From positions 41,264-105,263 of the forward strand of contig JAZDEL010000006.1 in NCBI GenBank assembly GCA_043808785.1: a DNA stretch of 64,000 nucleotides, written 5' to 3'. Shown in pieces: positions 46,356 to 56,185 of the stretch (the stretch's first letter is position 1; every line of letters starts with the position of its first letter). The notes beneath the pieces were generated by a model, which saw only the letters and a list, made by a program, of their open reading frames with translations, was not told the DNA's origin and made no database searches. The stretch comes from Candidatus Iainarchaeum sp. GTDB taxonomy: Archaea; Iainarchaeota; Iainarchaeia; Iainarchaeales; JAZDEL01. The position numbers and the translations under genes are program-made.

Positions 46356-46778
46356 TTACTTCACGACCCTGAACTTGTAGCCGTAGGCAATCGCCCCTTC
46401 TTTCCTCTGCTCGGAAATCTTCCTGAAAACCTTCTCCACATGTGCGCCTATCCTTACCTTTTCATTTTCGCTGTCCACGACCTGGCTTAACAGCCTCGCG
46501 CCGTTCTCAAGTTCTATTATCGCAAGGAAATAAGGCGTTTCGTGGTCGAACCCCGTGGGTCCTGTCATTACCTCCGTGTATGAAATAACCTTCCCCTTCC
46601 TCGGCATCTGCTTTGCTGAAAGCTTCCCGCGCCTCCTGCAGTTCGGGCAAACTCCCCTTGCCGGGAAGAAATCCTCGCCGCATGTGCTGCACGAATTGCC
46701 GGCAAGCGTGTAGCGCTCGGGGAACTTCCTCCAGATTAACGGCAGTGCTTCGCTCATTTCATGCACCCCCCGCAACAC
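46356..46778 (-). CDS. DUF35 OB-fold/zinc-ribbon protein (scaffold of the archaeal thiolase-HMGCS complex)
   Basis: CSTCG...CPNC zinc ribbon plus OB fold. Confidence 0.75.
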   Translation of the reverse strand: MLRGVHEMSEALPLIWRKFPERYTLAGNSCSTCGEDFFPARGVCPNCRRRGKLSAKQMPRKGKVISYTEVMTGPTGFDHETPYFLAIIELENGARLLSQVVDSENEKVRIGAHVEKVFRKISEQRKEGAIAYGYKFRVVK

Positions 46779-48045
46779 AATATGCGAATTTATTTCCCGT
46801 TAATTTCCTCTCGACAAGCCCCTCTTCAGACATCCGCAATAGAACATCGCGCACATGCCTTCCCGACCTTTTGCACGCCTTTGAAATGCCCGAAGCGGTT
46901 GCGAGAACGCCCTGCGCATTAAGATTTGTGATTGCTTTAATATAGTTCTCCGAAGCCTCGTGGCGCGGGAAAGACTCGAGCCCGTCAACATACCTGCCAA
47001 GAACATGCACGAGTTTGTTTTCCTTCCGTTCCAGGCCGAAACCGACCTTCTCGAGATATTTCCGCAGGTTCTCCCTACCGCTTATTATAAGTGTCCAATT
47101 GAGCGTAACTTCCCCGCTGCTTTTGAAATTGCGCCCCCTGACGACTATTTTTGATTTAATGCCCATGACTTCCAATGACTGCTGAACATCCGACAGCAAC
47201 TGCGGCTTTTTTGCGGCAGTTTCTTCCGCAGCGGTTGTGGGGCATATCAGAGTAATCACCCTGCAGTGATAATTATCCACAACACAGCCGTCATCGTCAA
47301 ACAGCCGTCTCAGGAGGGCTATAAGCGGCTTTCTATCGCCCGCCGCAATGAACTGCCTGGGAATTCCTAATTCGTAATTATAATTTTTGTTGCCGTCAGG
47401 AATCCCGATAGTGCCGAGGATTACGCCGATTATTTTGGGGAAAATTACGCAGGGCACGCCGCTTGTCGACCTGTGGCGTGCAAACCTGACATCGCCAAAT
47501 GTGGAAACAACCGCACCCACAAAACTATCGACCTGCTGGCGCTCGTTGTTGAAGTACCAGACGCGCATCTTGCTTTTTTCTATCCCGCCGTCGCCCAAAA
47601 CTCCGCCAACAACAAGCCCGAATTCCTCGGTCAAAATTTCGAAAGGCAGCTTCGGGTTTTTTATTTTCTCTTTTGATTTCAGGGTTTTCAATTCAATTAC
47701 TTTCTTTTCTATCTTCCGCCCGTTAATGCCAAGTTCATCCGCAGCCCTGGCCAAAAACGAAAGCGGCATGCCGCTCCTTCCGACGGAATACCGCCTTGCG
47801 GATTCGCCCCTGCCGAGCCCGAAAGCCCTTGCGATTGCGGAAAACGAGCCGTGTTTCTTCAAGAGCGCCCCGAATAGTTCCTTCCTGAACTCGGCATCCA
47901 GCGTAACGCGAATTTTGCCCGCAGGCAAATCAAAAAGGGAAATGCTCGCCATTTCATCTTCACCAGCAATAAATATGTTTTTTATCCCCTTAAATAGTTT
48001 CGGGAGAGTGCATTTCCGGTGCGAAACAGAAATTTCCGTATTCAT
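46759..48045 (-). CDS. LAGLIDADG-family protein (double-motif) with N-terminal HTH-like and C-terminal winged-helix-like extensions
   Basis: LVVGGVLGDGGI and LIALLRRLFDDDGCV motifs. Its ATG overlaps the thiolase TGA (ATGA at 48045-48042), and its stop overlaps the DUF35 start by 20 nt. Confidence 0.7.
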   Translation of the reverse strand: MNTEISVSHRKCTLPKLFKGIKNIFIAGEDEMASISLFDLPAGKIRVTLDAEFRKELFGALLKKHGSFSAIARAFGLGRGESARRYSVGRSGMPLSFLARAADELGINGRKIEKKVIELKTLKSKEKIKNPKLPFEILTEEFGLVVGGVLGDGGIEKSKMRVWYFNNERQQVDSFVGAVVSTFGDVRFARHRSTSGVPCVIFPKIIGVILGTIGIPDGNKNYNYELGIPRQFIAAGDRKPLIALLRRLFDDDGCVVDNYHCRVITLICPTTAAEETAAKKPQLLSDVQQSLEVMGIKSKIVVRGRNFKSSGEVTLNWTLIISGRENLRKYLEKVGFGLERKENKLVHVLGRYVDGLESFPRHEASENYIKAITNLNAQGVLATASGISKACKRSGRHVRDVLLRMSEEGLVERKLTGNKFAYCVAGGA

Positions 48046-49220
48046 CTTTTCCCCTCCAGTGCCTGCAAAATGTGAATCACGCATGTTGCCCCACTCCCCC
48101 CGATATTGTGCGTCAGCCCTATGTGCGCATTCTTAACCTGCCTCTTCCCCGTAACCCCCCTTACTTGCTCGCAAATCTCGATAGCCTGCTTAACGCCTGT
48201 TGCGCCGACAGGGTGCCCGCATTTAAGCCCGCCCGAGGTGTTAATCGGGATTTCACCTTTTAGTGCGGTTTTTCCGTCCTCGCTTGCTTTTCCCCCTTTG
48301 CCCTTTTTGAAGAACCCCAAATCCTCTATTGCAAGTATTTCCGCGATTGTAAAGCAGTCATGCACTTCCGCCAAATCAATATCCGAAATCTTAAGTCCCG
48401 ACTGCCTGAGCGCCTCCTGCACCGCAACCTTCGTCGCCCACAGTTCGGTAAGGCTCTTCCTGCTAGCAACGGCAAGAGTATCCGAAGCCTGCGCGCTCGC
48501 AATAATCTCGACAGGTTCCTCACACAGTTTTCTTGCCTTATCCGTCGCACACAGGATTGCCGCTGCTGCACCGTCGCTGATGGGCGAGCAATCCAGCAGT
48601 TTCAGGGGAGTTGCAACATACCCTGAATTCATCACATCCTCAATTGTAATTTCATTGTGGAATTGTGAGTGGGGGCTGTGCATGCCGTTCGCATGGTTCT
48701 TCACTGCAACAGCGGCCATCTGTTCCTCCGTTGTTTTGAACTCGTGCATATGCCTCCTTGCAAGCAGCGCATAGAGTGCGGGGAAAGTTGCGCCCTGGAA
48801 AAGCTCGGTTTCCTGGTCCCCCGCGCCCCCCAAAGCAAAGCCCGCTTCCTCGGTGCTTACCTCAGTCATCTTCTCCGCCCCGCCGACAGCAACAACATCA
48901 TACATTCCGGAAGCGATCGCGTGGTAAGCCGCCCTAAGGGCAACCCCGCCAGAAGCGCATGCAGCCTCAACACGCGTGCTCGGCGCGGGATTCAGCCCTA
49001 ACTGATCCGCAATAAGCGCCCCAATATGCTCCTGCCCTATGAACCTTCCAGAAGCCATGCATCCGCCGTAAACCGCCTCTATATCCGCCCCGCTTATGCA
49101 CGCGTCGCTTATCGCCATTATTCCCGCCTCGGCAATAAGCTCGCGGAACGACTTGCCCCAGTGCTCCCCGAATTTCGTTATGCCCGCGCCGATAACCGAA
49201 ACGCTCCTCATGCCGCGCAC
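48042..49220 (-). CDS. acetyl-CoA C-acetyltransferase (archaeal acetoacetyl-CoA thiolase)
   Basis: Thiolase Cys region CASGG, C-terminal NIGGSGATCV. Confidence 0.9.
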   Translation of the reverse strand: MRGMRSVSVIGAGITKFGEHWGKSFRELIAEAGIMAISDACISGADIEAVYGGCMASGRFIGQEHIGALIADQLGLNPAPSTRVEAACASGGVALRAAYHAIASGMYDVVAVGGAEKMTEVSTEEAGFALGGAGDQETELFQGATFPALYALLARRHMHEFKTTEEQMAAVAVKNHANGMHSPHSQFHNEITIEDVMNSGYVATPLKLLDCSPISDGAAAAILCATDKARKLCEEPVEIIASAQASDTLAVASRKSLTELWATKVAVQEALRQSGLKISDIDLAEVHDCFTIAEILAIEDLGFFKKGKGGKASEDGKTALKGEIPINTSGGLKCGHPVGATGVKQAIEICEQVRGVTGKRQVKNAHIGLTHNIGGSGATCVIHILQALEGKR

Positions 49221-49337
49221 CCCGTGCCAATGCCGATTGCGGAAACGCCTCTCATAGCATCAACCCTTTCGACAAATTTTCCCGCAAAACCCCGCCCGTG
49301 AACCCGCGCGCGGTTTTTTGTTTTTTTGCCGCCCCCG

Positions 49338-50384
49338 TCAGAGCGACTTCAGCTTCCTCCTGTGTTTCGTGTAAAGCGCGTAATCGATGTACTTTTTCTC
49401 CTTTACCATTTCAAGCACAGGCACCTTCGCCCTTCTCCCCGGGATGTTCCTTGTGGCAGTAAATGAGAACGCATCGCTTCCCGCCCCCGAACCGTAACTT
49501 ACCGCAAGAATTTTCTGCTTCGGCTTTGCAACATCAAGAATGCTCGCCAGGCCCAGCATTGTTGAGCCCGAGTATGTGTTGCCTATTATGGGCGTTACCA
49601 GGCCCTGCTCCAGCCTCCCCCTTTCCACGCCCAGAATTTTCCCCGCGCGCAAAGGAAACTTCCCGTTGGGCTGGTGGAAAACCACGTAATCGAAATCCGA
49701 AACCTTCTCCCCCGTCCTGTTCAGCAGCCCCTTTGCGGCGCCAACCACATGCCTGAAATATGCCGGCTCTCCTGTGAAACGCCCCCCGTGCTCGGGGAAC
49801 TCCGCGTGCTGCCTCCTCCAGAAATCGGGCGTGTCAGTTGTGAATGAAAATGTGTCATTAACCCGCGCAATAATTTCCTTCGGCTTCCTGCCGATTATTA
49901 TCGCCGCCCCGCCGCTCCCCGCGGTGTATTCAAGCGCATCACCGGGCTTCCCCTGTGCAGTGTCCGCGCCTATAGCCATCCCGTACTCTATCATTTTGCT
50001 CTCGCAAAACCCTATGCACATCTGCACCCCCGCAGTGCCGGCCTTGCACGCAAACTCCAAATCCGCAGCCATGTACTCGGGCGCTGCGCCTATCGCGTCC
50101 CCGACAATTGTTGATGTGGGCTTCACAGCATAAGGGTGGCTCTCGCTCCCCACGTAAAGCGCCCCTATTTTGATTGCATCAATCTTCGCGGTTTCCACAG
50201 CGCGCCTTGCCGCTTCCACAGAAATGGTTGCGCAGTCCTCGTCATAGGCGGCAACAGCCTTCTCCCTCACCCCCAGGCCCGCGCTTATGCGCTTTCCGTC
50301 CTTTTCCCAGACGCGCGCTATATCCTCGACCGCAATCCTGAACTTCGGCACATATGCGCCGTAACCCACAATTCCGCAATCCAT
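49338..50384 (-). CDS. hydroxymethylglutaryl-CoA synthase
   Basis: Archaeal HMGCS-like sequence, 348 aa, with the catalytic Cys region. Confidence 0.9.
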   Translation of the reverse strand: MDCGIVGYGAYVPKFRIAVEDIARVWEKDGKRISAGLGVREKAVAAYDEDCATISVEAARRAVETAKIDAIKIGALYVGSESHPYAVKPTSTIVGDAIGAAPEYMAADLEFACKAGTAGVQMCIGFCESKMIEYGMAIGADTAQGKPGDALEYTAGSGGAAIIIGRKPKEIIARVNDTFSFTTDTPDFWRRQHAEFPEHGGRFTGEPAYFRHVVGAAKGLLNRTGEKVSDFDYVVFHQPNGKFPLRAGKILGVERGRLEQGLVTPIIGNTYSGSTMLGLASILDVAKPKQKILAVSYGSGAGSDAFSFTATRNIPGRRAKVPVLEMVKEKKYIDYALYTKHRRKLKSL

Positions 50385-50409
50385 ATGCCCACCGGTTATT
50401 AATGTTCAA

Positions 50410-51711
50410 TTAACCTCTCTTTTTATTCTCTTTCCTTTCCCCCGCGGGTTTTGCCGCCTTCTTTCGCAGATTGACGAGAATTTCCGCTGCGTTATCCGCG
50501 GATATCCTGCCGCATTTTGCCATTTCCCCCGCAACCTTCTCAATTTCCCCGCCTTTTGCCCCCGCTGCAACCGCAACATTCTTCGCATGCAGCCCCATGT
50601 GCCCTTTCTGTATCCCCTCCTTCACAATCGCGCGGTTTGCGGCAAATGTCTGCGCAAGCCCGACAGCGCAGCACACCTCCGCAAGCTCCTTCGCGCTTTT
50701 AATTCCCATAATTTTCAATGCAATTTTTGCAAGAGGGTGAGTTTTTGTCGCCCCCCCGACAATTCCCAAAGCGAGCGGCATTTCCATTTCCCCCGCCAAA
50801 TCCCCCGATTTGGTTATGTAGAAGTTCTGCAGTGCCCTGTATGTTCCGTCCCTCGCGGCATAGGCATGCGCCCCGGCCTCCGCAGCGCGCCAGTCATTGC
50901 CCGCAGCAATCAGCACGGCATCGATGCCGTTCATAATCCCCTTGTTGTTCGTGCACGCCCTGAAAACATCCGCCTGCGCAAGCGCGCTTGCATCCGCGAT
51001 TGCCTCAACCAATTCGCCCCCCAATTCCTCCTTTTTCCACACCGCGCACGCCTTTACGGTGCGGTGTATCGCATAATTGCTTATTATTTTAAGGCGCGCC
51101 CTGCCGCCTGCCAACCTCTCCAATTCGGGCGCAATCCTCTCGCACATGCTGTTCACGGCATTCGCGCCCATCGCATCGCCGCAGTTCACGAGGATGTGCA
51201 TAACCAGCATCTTCCCGCGCTGCGTTTCCACTTCGCGCAGCTGAATTTCCTTTGCGCCTCCCCCGAATTTCAGGAGGACAGGGTCGCAGGAATTTGCTGT
51301 TTTGAGCAGTGAGGCGGAATTTGCCGTTATCTCGCGCTCCGCCTTCCCGAAATCCTTAACCCCCACCAGCTGCACCTGCCCTATCATAATCGGTTCGCTC
51401 GCCTCCGCCTTGAACCCCCCCAAAGCGCGCGCCAATTTTGCCGCGTTGGAGGCGGCGGCAATAATGCTCGGCTCCTCGGTAACCATGGGCACAAGATAAT
51501 CCTTCCCGTTCACGCGGAAGTTCGTCGCAACCCCCATAGGCATTCCGTAAACGCTCACCGCGTTCTCCACCATCCTGTCCGCGGTCTCGAACTCCAGCCC
51601 GCCCTTCCCGAGCGCCGCAACCTCATCAGCGCCGAGCGCGGACTCGCGCTTGAGCACATCAAGCCTCTCCCCGCGCTTCAATTTGTAAAACCCGCTTATG
51701 TCAGATTTCAT
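50410..51711 (-). CDS. HMG-CoA reductase, class II (bacterial/mvaA type)
   Basis: VPMVTEEPSIIAAASNAAKLARALGGF and DAMGAN motifs. 433 aa, with no membrane domain. Confidence 0.85.
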   Translation of the reverse strand: MKSDISGFYKLKRGERLDVLKRESALGADEVAALGKGGLEFETADRMVENAVSVYGMPMGVATNFRVNGKDYLVPMVTEEPSIIAAASNAAKLARALGGFKAEASEPIMIGQVQLVGVKDFGKAEREITANSASLLKTANSCDPVLLKFGGGAKEIQLREVETQRGKMLVMHILVNCGDAMGANAVNSMCERIAPELERLAGGRARLKIISNYAIHRTVKACAVWKKEELGGELVEAIADASALAQADVFRACTNNKGIMNGIDAVLIAAGNDWRAAEAGAHAYAARDGTYRALQNFYITKSGDLAGEMEMPLALGIVGGATKTHPLAKIALKIMGIKSAKELAEVCCAVGLAQTFAANRAIVKEGIQKGHMGLHAKNVAVAAGAKGGEIEKVAGEMAKCGRISADNAAEILVNLRKKAAKPAGERKENKKRG

Positions 51712-51737
51712 TTAATGCACCCTTTGCCAAGCAGCAG

Positions 51738-52460
51738 TCACGCACCATCAGTAAGCACCTTCAGCCCCGCATTTTCCAGCAGTTCCTTTGCAGCACACAT
51801 CTCACTATTTGTAGGGGCTCGAACTCCTTTTAAGGGGAATTTCAGCCCTATCTCCGTCCATTTCCTTTCGCCGAGCGCACTGTAAGGCAGCAGTTCAACG
51901 CACTCCAGCATTTCAAGGGTTTTCGCAAACTCCGCGAGCGCGGCAATATCCGCTTCGGCATCCGTGAAGCCCGGAACAACCACATAGCGCAGCCTTACGG
52001 GCCTGCGCGCCGCGGCAAAGCGTATGTTCGCGAGCGCCTCCCCGTTGCTCCTGCCCGTTATTTCGCGGTGCCTTTTATCGTCCATATGCTTCACGCTGCA
52101 CATGAACAGGCTTGTGTAAGGCAGCACGGTTTCGACCGCGGACCTGTCCGCGTACATGCACGAATCCAGCGCGGTGTGTATTCCGCGTTCGTTGCAGCGC
52201 CTCATCACTTCGGCAACGAACCCGGCCTGCATAAGCGGCTCGCCCCCGGAGAAGGTAACGCCGTTTATGTACCGCACGCTGCGCTCTATGCCGAGGAACA
52301 GTTCCGTTGCAGACATCTTCTTCCCGCCCTTCCCCGCCGCAACATCTATGTTCTGGCAGAACTTGCACCTGAGGGGGCAGCCCTGCATGAAAATAACATA
52401 GCGCCTTCCCGGGCCGTCAAGGGTGCCGAAACTTTCGACAGAGTGGACCAAACCCTGCAT
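51738..52460 (-). CDS. pflA: pyruvate formate-lyase (glycyl-radical enzyme) activating enzyme, radical SAM
   Basis: CPLRCKFCQN cluster motif. Confidence 0.85.
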   Translation of the reverse strand: MQGLVHSVESFGTLDGPGRRYVIFMQGCPLRCKFCQNIDVAAGKGGKKMSATELFLGIERSVRYINGVTFSGGEPLMQAGFVAEVMRRCNERGIHTALDSCMYADRSAVETVLPYTSLFMCSVKHMDDKRHREITGRSNGEALANIRFAAARRPVRLRYVVVPGFTDAEADIAALAEFAKTLEMLECVELLPYSALGERKWTEIGLKFPLKGVRAPTNSEMCAAKELLENAGLKVLTDGA

Positions 52461-52488
52461 GCGAAACCACGCCGCGGTTTTTTTATTT

Positions 52489-54744
52489 TTATATTTTCTC
52501 GTGGAACGAGCGGTTAATCACTTCCAGCTGCTGCTCCCTGCTCAGCCTGCTGAAATTCACCGCGTAACCGCTAACCCTTATGGTAAGCAGCGGATATTTT
52601 TCAGGATGCGCCATCGCGTCCTTAAGCATCTCCCTGTTCAGCACGTTCACATTTATGTGCTGCGCCCCCTTTGCGAAATAGCCCTCAAGCAGCCCTGCAA
52701 GGTTTTCAACGCGCTCATCCGCGCCTTTCCCGAGGCCCTCCGGCACGACAGAGAACGTGTTGCTTATCCCGTCAAGGCAGCTACTGTATGGCAGTTTCGC
52801 CACGGAGTTGAGCGAAGCCACTGCTCCGCAGCAGTCCCTTCCGTGCATCGGGTTCGCGCCCGGAGCGAAAGGCTCGCCCGCCCTTCTCCCGTCCGGCGTT
52901 GCCCCTGTCTTCTTCCCGTACATCACGTTGGACGTAATCGTAAGTATGCTCAGCGTGTGCTCCGCGTGCCTGTATGTGGGGTACTTCTTCAGGAACTGGT
53001 TAAACCCGACAACGCCCTCCACTGCAATATGGTCCGCCCTAGCATCGTCATTCCCGTAGCAGGGGAATTTCCCCTCCACAACAAAGCCTGTTGCTATTCC
53101 GCGCGCGTCCCTTACAGGCTTCACTTTCGCATACTTTATCGCGGAGAACCCGTCCGCAAGCACGCTCAGCCCCGCAAGCCCGAACGCCATATACCTTTTC
53201 ACCTTCGTGTCGTGCAGTGCCATCTGCAATGCCTCGTAATTGTATTTGTCGTGCATCGCGTGAATTATGTTCATTGCCTCCACGTAGTTCTTCGCAACCC
53301 AGTCGGCGAGAACCAAAAAGTTGTTCTTGACCTCGTCGTAATCCAGGTATTCGCCCTGCGGCAGAGGCACCTGCGGCGCAATCTGCTCCCCGGTAATTTC
53401 GTCCTTTCCCCCGTTAATCGCGAGCAGCAGCAGCTTCGCCCCGTTGCACCTCGCGCCGAAGAACTGCATCTCTTTTCCCGTGCGCATAGCGGAAACGCAG
53501 CACGCTACGGAGTAATCGTCCGAAAAATACGCGCGCATCAGGTCGTCGTTCTCGTACTGTATGGATGAAGTTTCTGTCGAAACCTTTGCCGCAAACTTCT
53601 TGAACTCCGCAGGCAGCGCGCTGCTCCAGAGCACGGTTAAGTTCGGCTCGGGCGCAGCGCCCAGATTGCGCAATGTCTGCAAAAACCTGTAGCTTGTCCT
53701 GCTCACAAGCGGCTCGCTGCTTGCCCCGCCAAGGCAAACCGTAACCCAGTTCGGGTCCCCCGCAAATATTTCGCCGTACTCCTTGGGGCGAAGATGCCTT
53801 ACAAGGCGCATCTTGATTACTATCTGGTCAACCAGTTCCTGCGCCCCGGCTTCGCTTAATTTTCCCGCGTCCATATCCCGCCTTATGTAAATATCGAAGA
53901 ACGAATCAGGCCTTCCGAAGCTCATTGCAGCGCCGTCCTGCTCCTTCACCGCGGCAAGGTAAGCAAGCCAGGCCCACTGCACGCATTCCCGTGCGTCCTT
54001 TGCAGGCTTCCCTATATCGAACCCGTACGATTTCGCCATTTCCTTAAGTTCATGCAGTGCCGCAATCTGGTTAGCAACCTCCTCCCTCAGGAACGGCCCG
54101 TTTGCGTCCATCTTCGCGAGATCCTTTTCCTTTTCCCCAATAAGCCTGTCAACTCCGTAAAGCGCCACACGCCTGTAATCCCCTATAATCCTCCCCCTGC
54201 CGTAGTTGTCGGGCAGTCCGGTTATCACGCCCGCACTCCGCAGTTTCTTTATCCCTTCAGTGTACGCGTCAAACACGGCATCGTTATGCGTCTTCCTGTG
54301 TTTGGTGAAAATTTCCTTAACCTCCGGGTTCAGTTCAACCCCGTATTCCCCGCACGCCTTCTCAACAAGGCGTATTCCGCCCTTCGGCTTTATCGCCCTT
54401 ACCAGAGGCTTCTCGGTTTGCAGGCCGACAATAACCTCGAGCCCCTTTTCAATATAGCCGGGCGCGTGCGAATTTACAGTTGACGGCTTTGAGCAGTCAA
54501 TCCCAAGCACGCCGCCCTTTTCCGCCTCCTCTTTCAAGAGTCCCAGGCACCTTCCCCAAAGCTCTTTTGTGCGTTCGCTCTTGCACTGCAGGAATTCCAC
54601 ACTCCCCAAATAAGGCACATGGTTCTTCTGTATGAAATCCCTTACATCAATAGTGCGCCGCCACTGCCCCGCATTGAAGCCGCGCCATTCACTAACCTCT
54701 TCTGCGGAAGCAATTGCCTGCTGTACGTCGTGCCTATTCTGCAT
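52489..54744 (-). CDS. formate C-acetyltransferase / glycyl-radical enzyme
   Basis: C-terminal glycyl-radical motif RVSGYAVNF. 751 aa. Confidence 0.9.
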   Translation of the reverse strand: MQNRHDVQQAIASAEEVSEWRGFNAGQWRRTIDVRDFIQKNHVPYLGSVEFLQCKSERTKELWGRCLGLLKEEAEKGGVLGIDCSKPSTVNSHAPGYIEKGLEVIVGLQTEKPLVRAIKPKGGIRLVEKACGEYGVELNPEVKEIFTKHRKTHNDAVFDAYTEGIKKLRSAGVITGLPDNYGRGRIIGDYRRVALYGVDRLIGEKEKDLAKMDANGPFLREEVANQIAALHELKEMAKSYGFDIGKPAKDARECVQWAWLAYLAAVKEQDGAAMSFGRPDSFFDIYIRRDMDAGKLSEAGAQELVDQIVIKMRLVRHLRPKEYGEIFAGDPNWVTVCLGGASSEPLVSRTSYRFLQTLRNLGAAPEPNLTVLWSSALPAEFKKFAAKVSTETSSIQYENDDLMRAYFSDDYSVACCVSAMRTGKEMQFFGARCNGAKLLLLAINGGKDEITGEQIAPQVPLPQGEYLDYDEVKNNFLVLADWVAKNYVEAMNIIHAMHDKYNYEALQMALHDTKVKRYMAFGLAGLSVLADGFSAIKYAKVKPVRDARGIATGFVVEGKFPCYGNDDARADHIAVEGVVGFNQFLKKYPTYRHAEHTLSILTITSNVMYGKKTGATPDGRRAGEPFAPGANPMHGRDCCGAVASLNSVAKLPYSSCLDGISNTFSVVPEGLGKGADERVENLAGLLEGYFAKGAQHINVNVLNREMLKDAMAHPEKYPLLTIRVSGYAVNFSRLSREQQLEVINRSFHEKI

Positions 54745-54839
54745 CCAACTATTGTGCCCCCCGCGGCTTTTAAAGGTTTCGTCAAAAACCGAAGTATAGT
54801 TCGTTGATTGGCGATATTAACATGGTTAATTTGTGCAAC

Positions 54840-55598
54840 TCAGGCGCGAAGCAAAAGCGCGGGTTCTCCGCGCCGCAGCAGCACGCTTCCCCGTGCAGGA
54901 ACCCTTACCTTCCCGTCAATAATAACCTCGCATCCTTTCGTGAATTTTGCCAGGGTTATTTTTGCCCCGTTACCAACAACAAAAACCTTCCCGCGGTTGA
55001 GCATGGAATTGATTGGCACAACCTCAAAAACCCCGTGCTTCGGGTTTATTTTTTTTCCGCCTGCGGAGTAAGCGTGCGCAGTGCTCCCTGTCGGAGTTGA
55101 AACAATAACCCCGTCCGCCCTGTCCTTTAATTTCAATTTCCCGTTCACGCGCAGTTCGTATTCCATAATGTGCCCGAATTTTCCTGTCACAAGTTCAACT
55201 TCGTTAAGCGCAAGCGCATGTTTCCTGCCGTTAACAACCGGCAGAATCCGCGCGCGTTTTTCGATTTTATATTTTCCCGCGAGCAGTTTTTCCGCGGCGC
55301 TTAGCATCTTTTCCCTCGGCACCCTCATCAGGTTCCCGTGCCTGCCGCAGTTCACCCCAAGCACTGGCGTGCCGTGCTTCAGTTCCCTGCAGGCGCGAAG
55401 CAGTGTTCCGTCCCCGCCGAGCGCGATTGCCACGTCAACCCTGAACGCGCCAAGTTTTTTCCCCTGTGGTAAAAGTTCCCCGTCAAAAACAAACTTAACC
55501 CCGCGCTTCTTCAGGAACGCTGCAAGTTTCTTCGCCTCCGCCCTTGCGCAGGGGTTTTTCCCGCTGCCGATGATGCCGAGCGATTTAGGCGGTTTCAT
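54840..55598 (-). CDS. NAD+ kinase
   Basis: GGDGTLL motif. Confidence 0.85.
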   Translation of the reverse strand: MKPPKSLGIIGSGKNPCARAEAKKLAAFLKKRGVKFVFDGELLPQGKKLGAFRVDVAIALGGDGTLLRACRELKHGTPVLGVNCGRHGNLMRVPREKMLSAAEKLLAGKYKIEKRARILPVVNGRKHALALNEVELVTGKFGHIMEYELRVNGKLKLKDRADGVIVSTPTGSTAHAYSAGGKKINPKHGVFEVVPINSMLNRGKVFVVGNGAKITLAKFTKGCEVIIDGKVRVPARGSVLLRRGEPALLLRA

Positions 55599-56185
55599 GG
55601 CAAACGCCTCACGAGTTTAGGCTTGAATTTGATGTCGTTGAGTTTGTTTAACACCTCTTTATGTCGCCTAATTAGCTGTGCCCTCAGGTTTCCGCCCCAC
55701 AGTTGCTGCGAACTGAACTTTTTTCCTAACTCCCCCAATTCCAGCCTCAGCTCTGGCTCCCTTCGCTTATCGGGCGGAAGTTTGCCTAATTCCTCAAAGA
55801 CACGCCAACGCTCCTTGTCAATCGGCGACTGGATGTGTGTTGGTTTGCCCCATGCATCTATCCCGGACATGCTTTTGAAGTAGTTCCGCTCCTCCTTTCG
55901 CATTGACCCGATGAACTTTCCACTCTTCTCAGGGTTGCCCAGCTCGGTCGGAATATCGCGGCATTCAAATTTAGCCCCATTGTAGCCGCCCAAAAAAGCG
56001 CCGCCTTCTTTGCTATACAGCCCCGAATGAATAATTTTTTTGCCCGTACTCGCTTTAGTGCAAGGGATAACAATCCAATCAGGCCTAATCGCCACGATGT
56101 TCTTCGTGCATGCCCGCAATTTAGCCGCACATCGTTCATAGTGCAGCCCCTCATCGAACAGCATCACAGTTAGCCCTTTTCTCAC
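55595..56185 (-). CDS. hypothetical protein
   Basis: 196 aa, 4-nt overlaps on both sides. Confidence 0.4.
   Translation of the reverse strand: MRKGLTVMLFDEGLHYERCAAKLRACTKNIVAIRPDWIVIPCTKASTGKKIIHSGLYSKEGGAFLGGYNGAKFECRDIPTELGNPEKSGKFIGSMRKEERNYFKSMSGIDAWGKPTHIQSPIDKERWRVFEELGKLPPDKRREPELRLELGELGKKFSSQQLWGGNLRAQLIRRHKEVLNKLNDIKFKPKLVRRLP

Noticed and set aside
46759-48084. Whether the LAGLIDADG ORF is an intein within thiolase or DUF35.
   Set aside because: It is in a different reading frame from both neighbours, it starts with its own ATG overlapping the thiolase stop, and it has no intein N-terminal Cys/Ser or C-terminal HN blocks.
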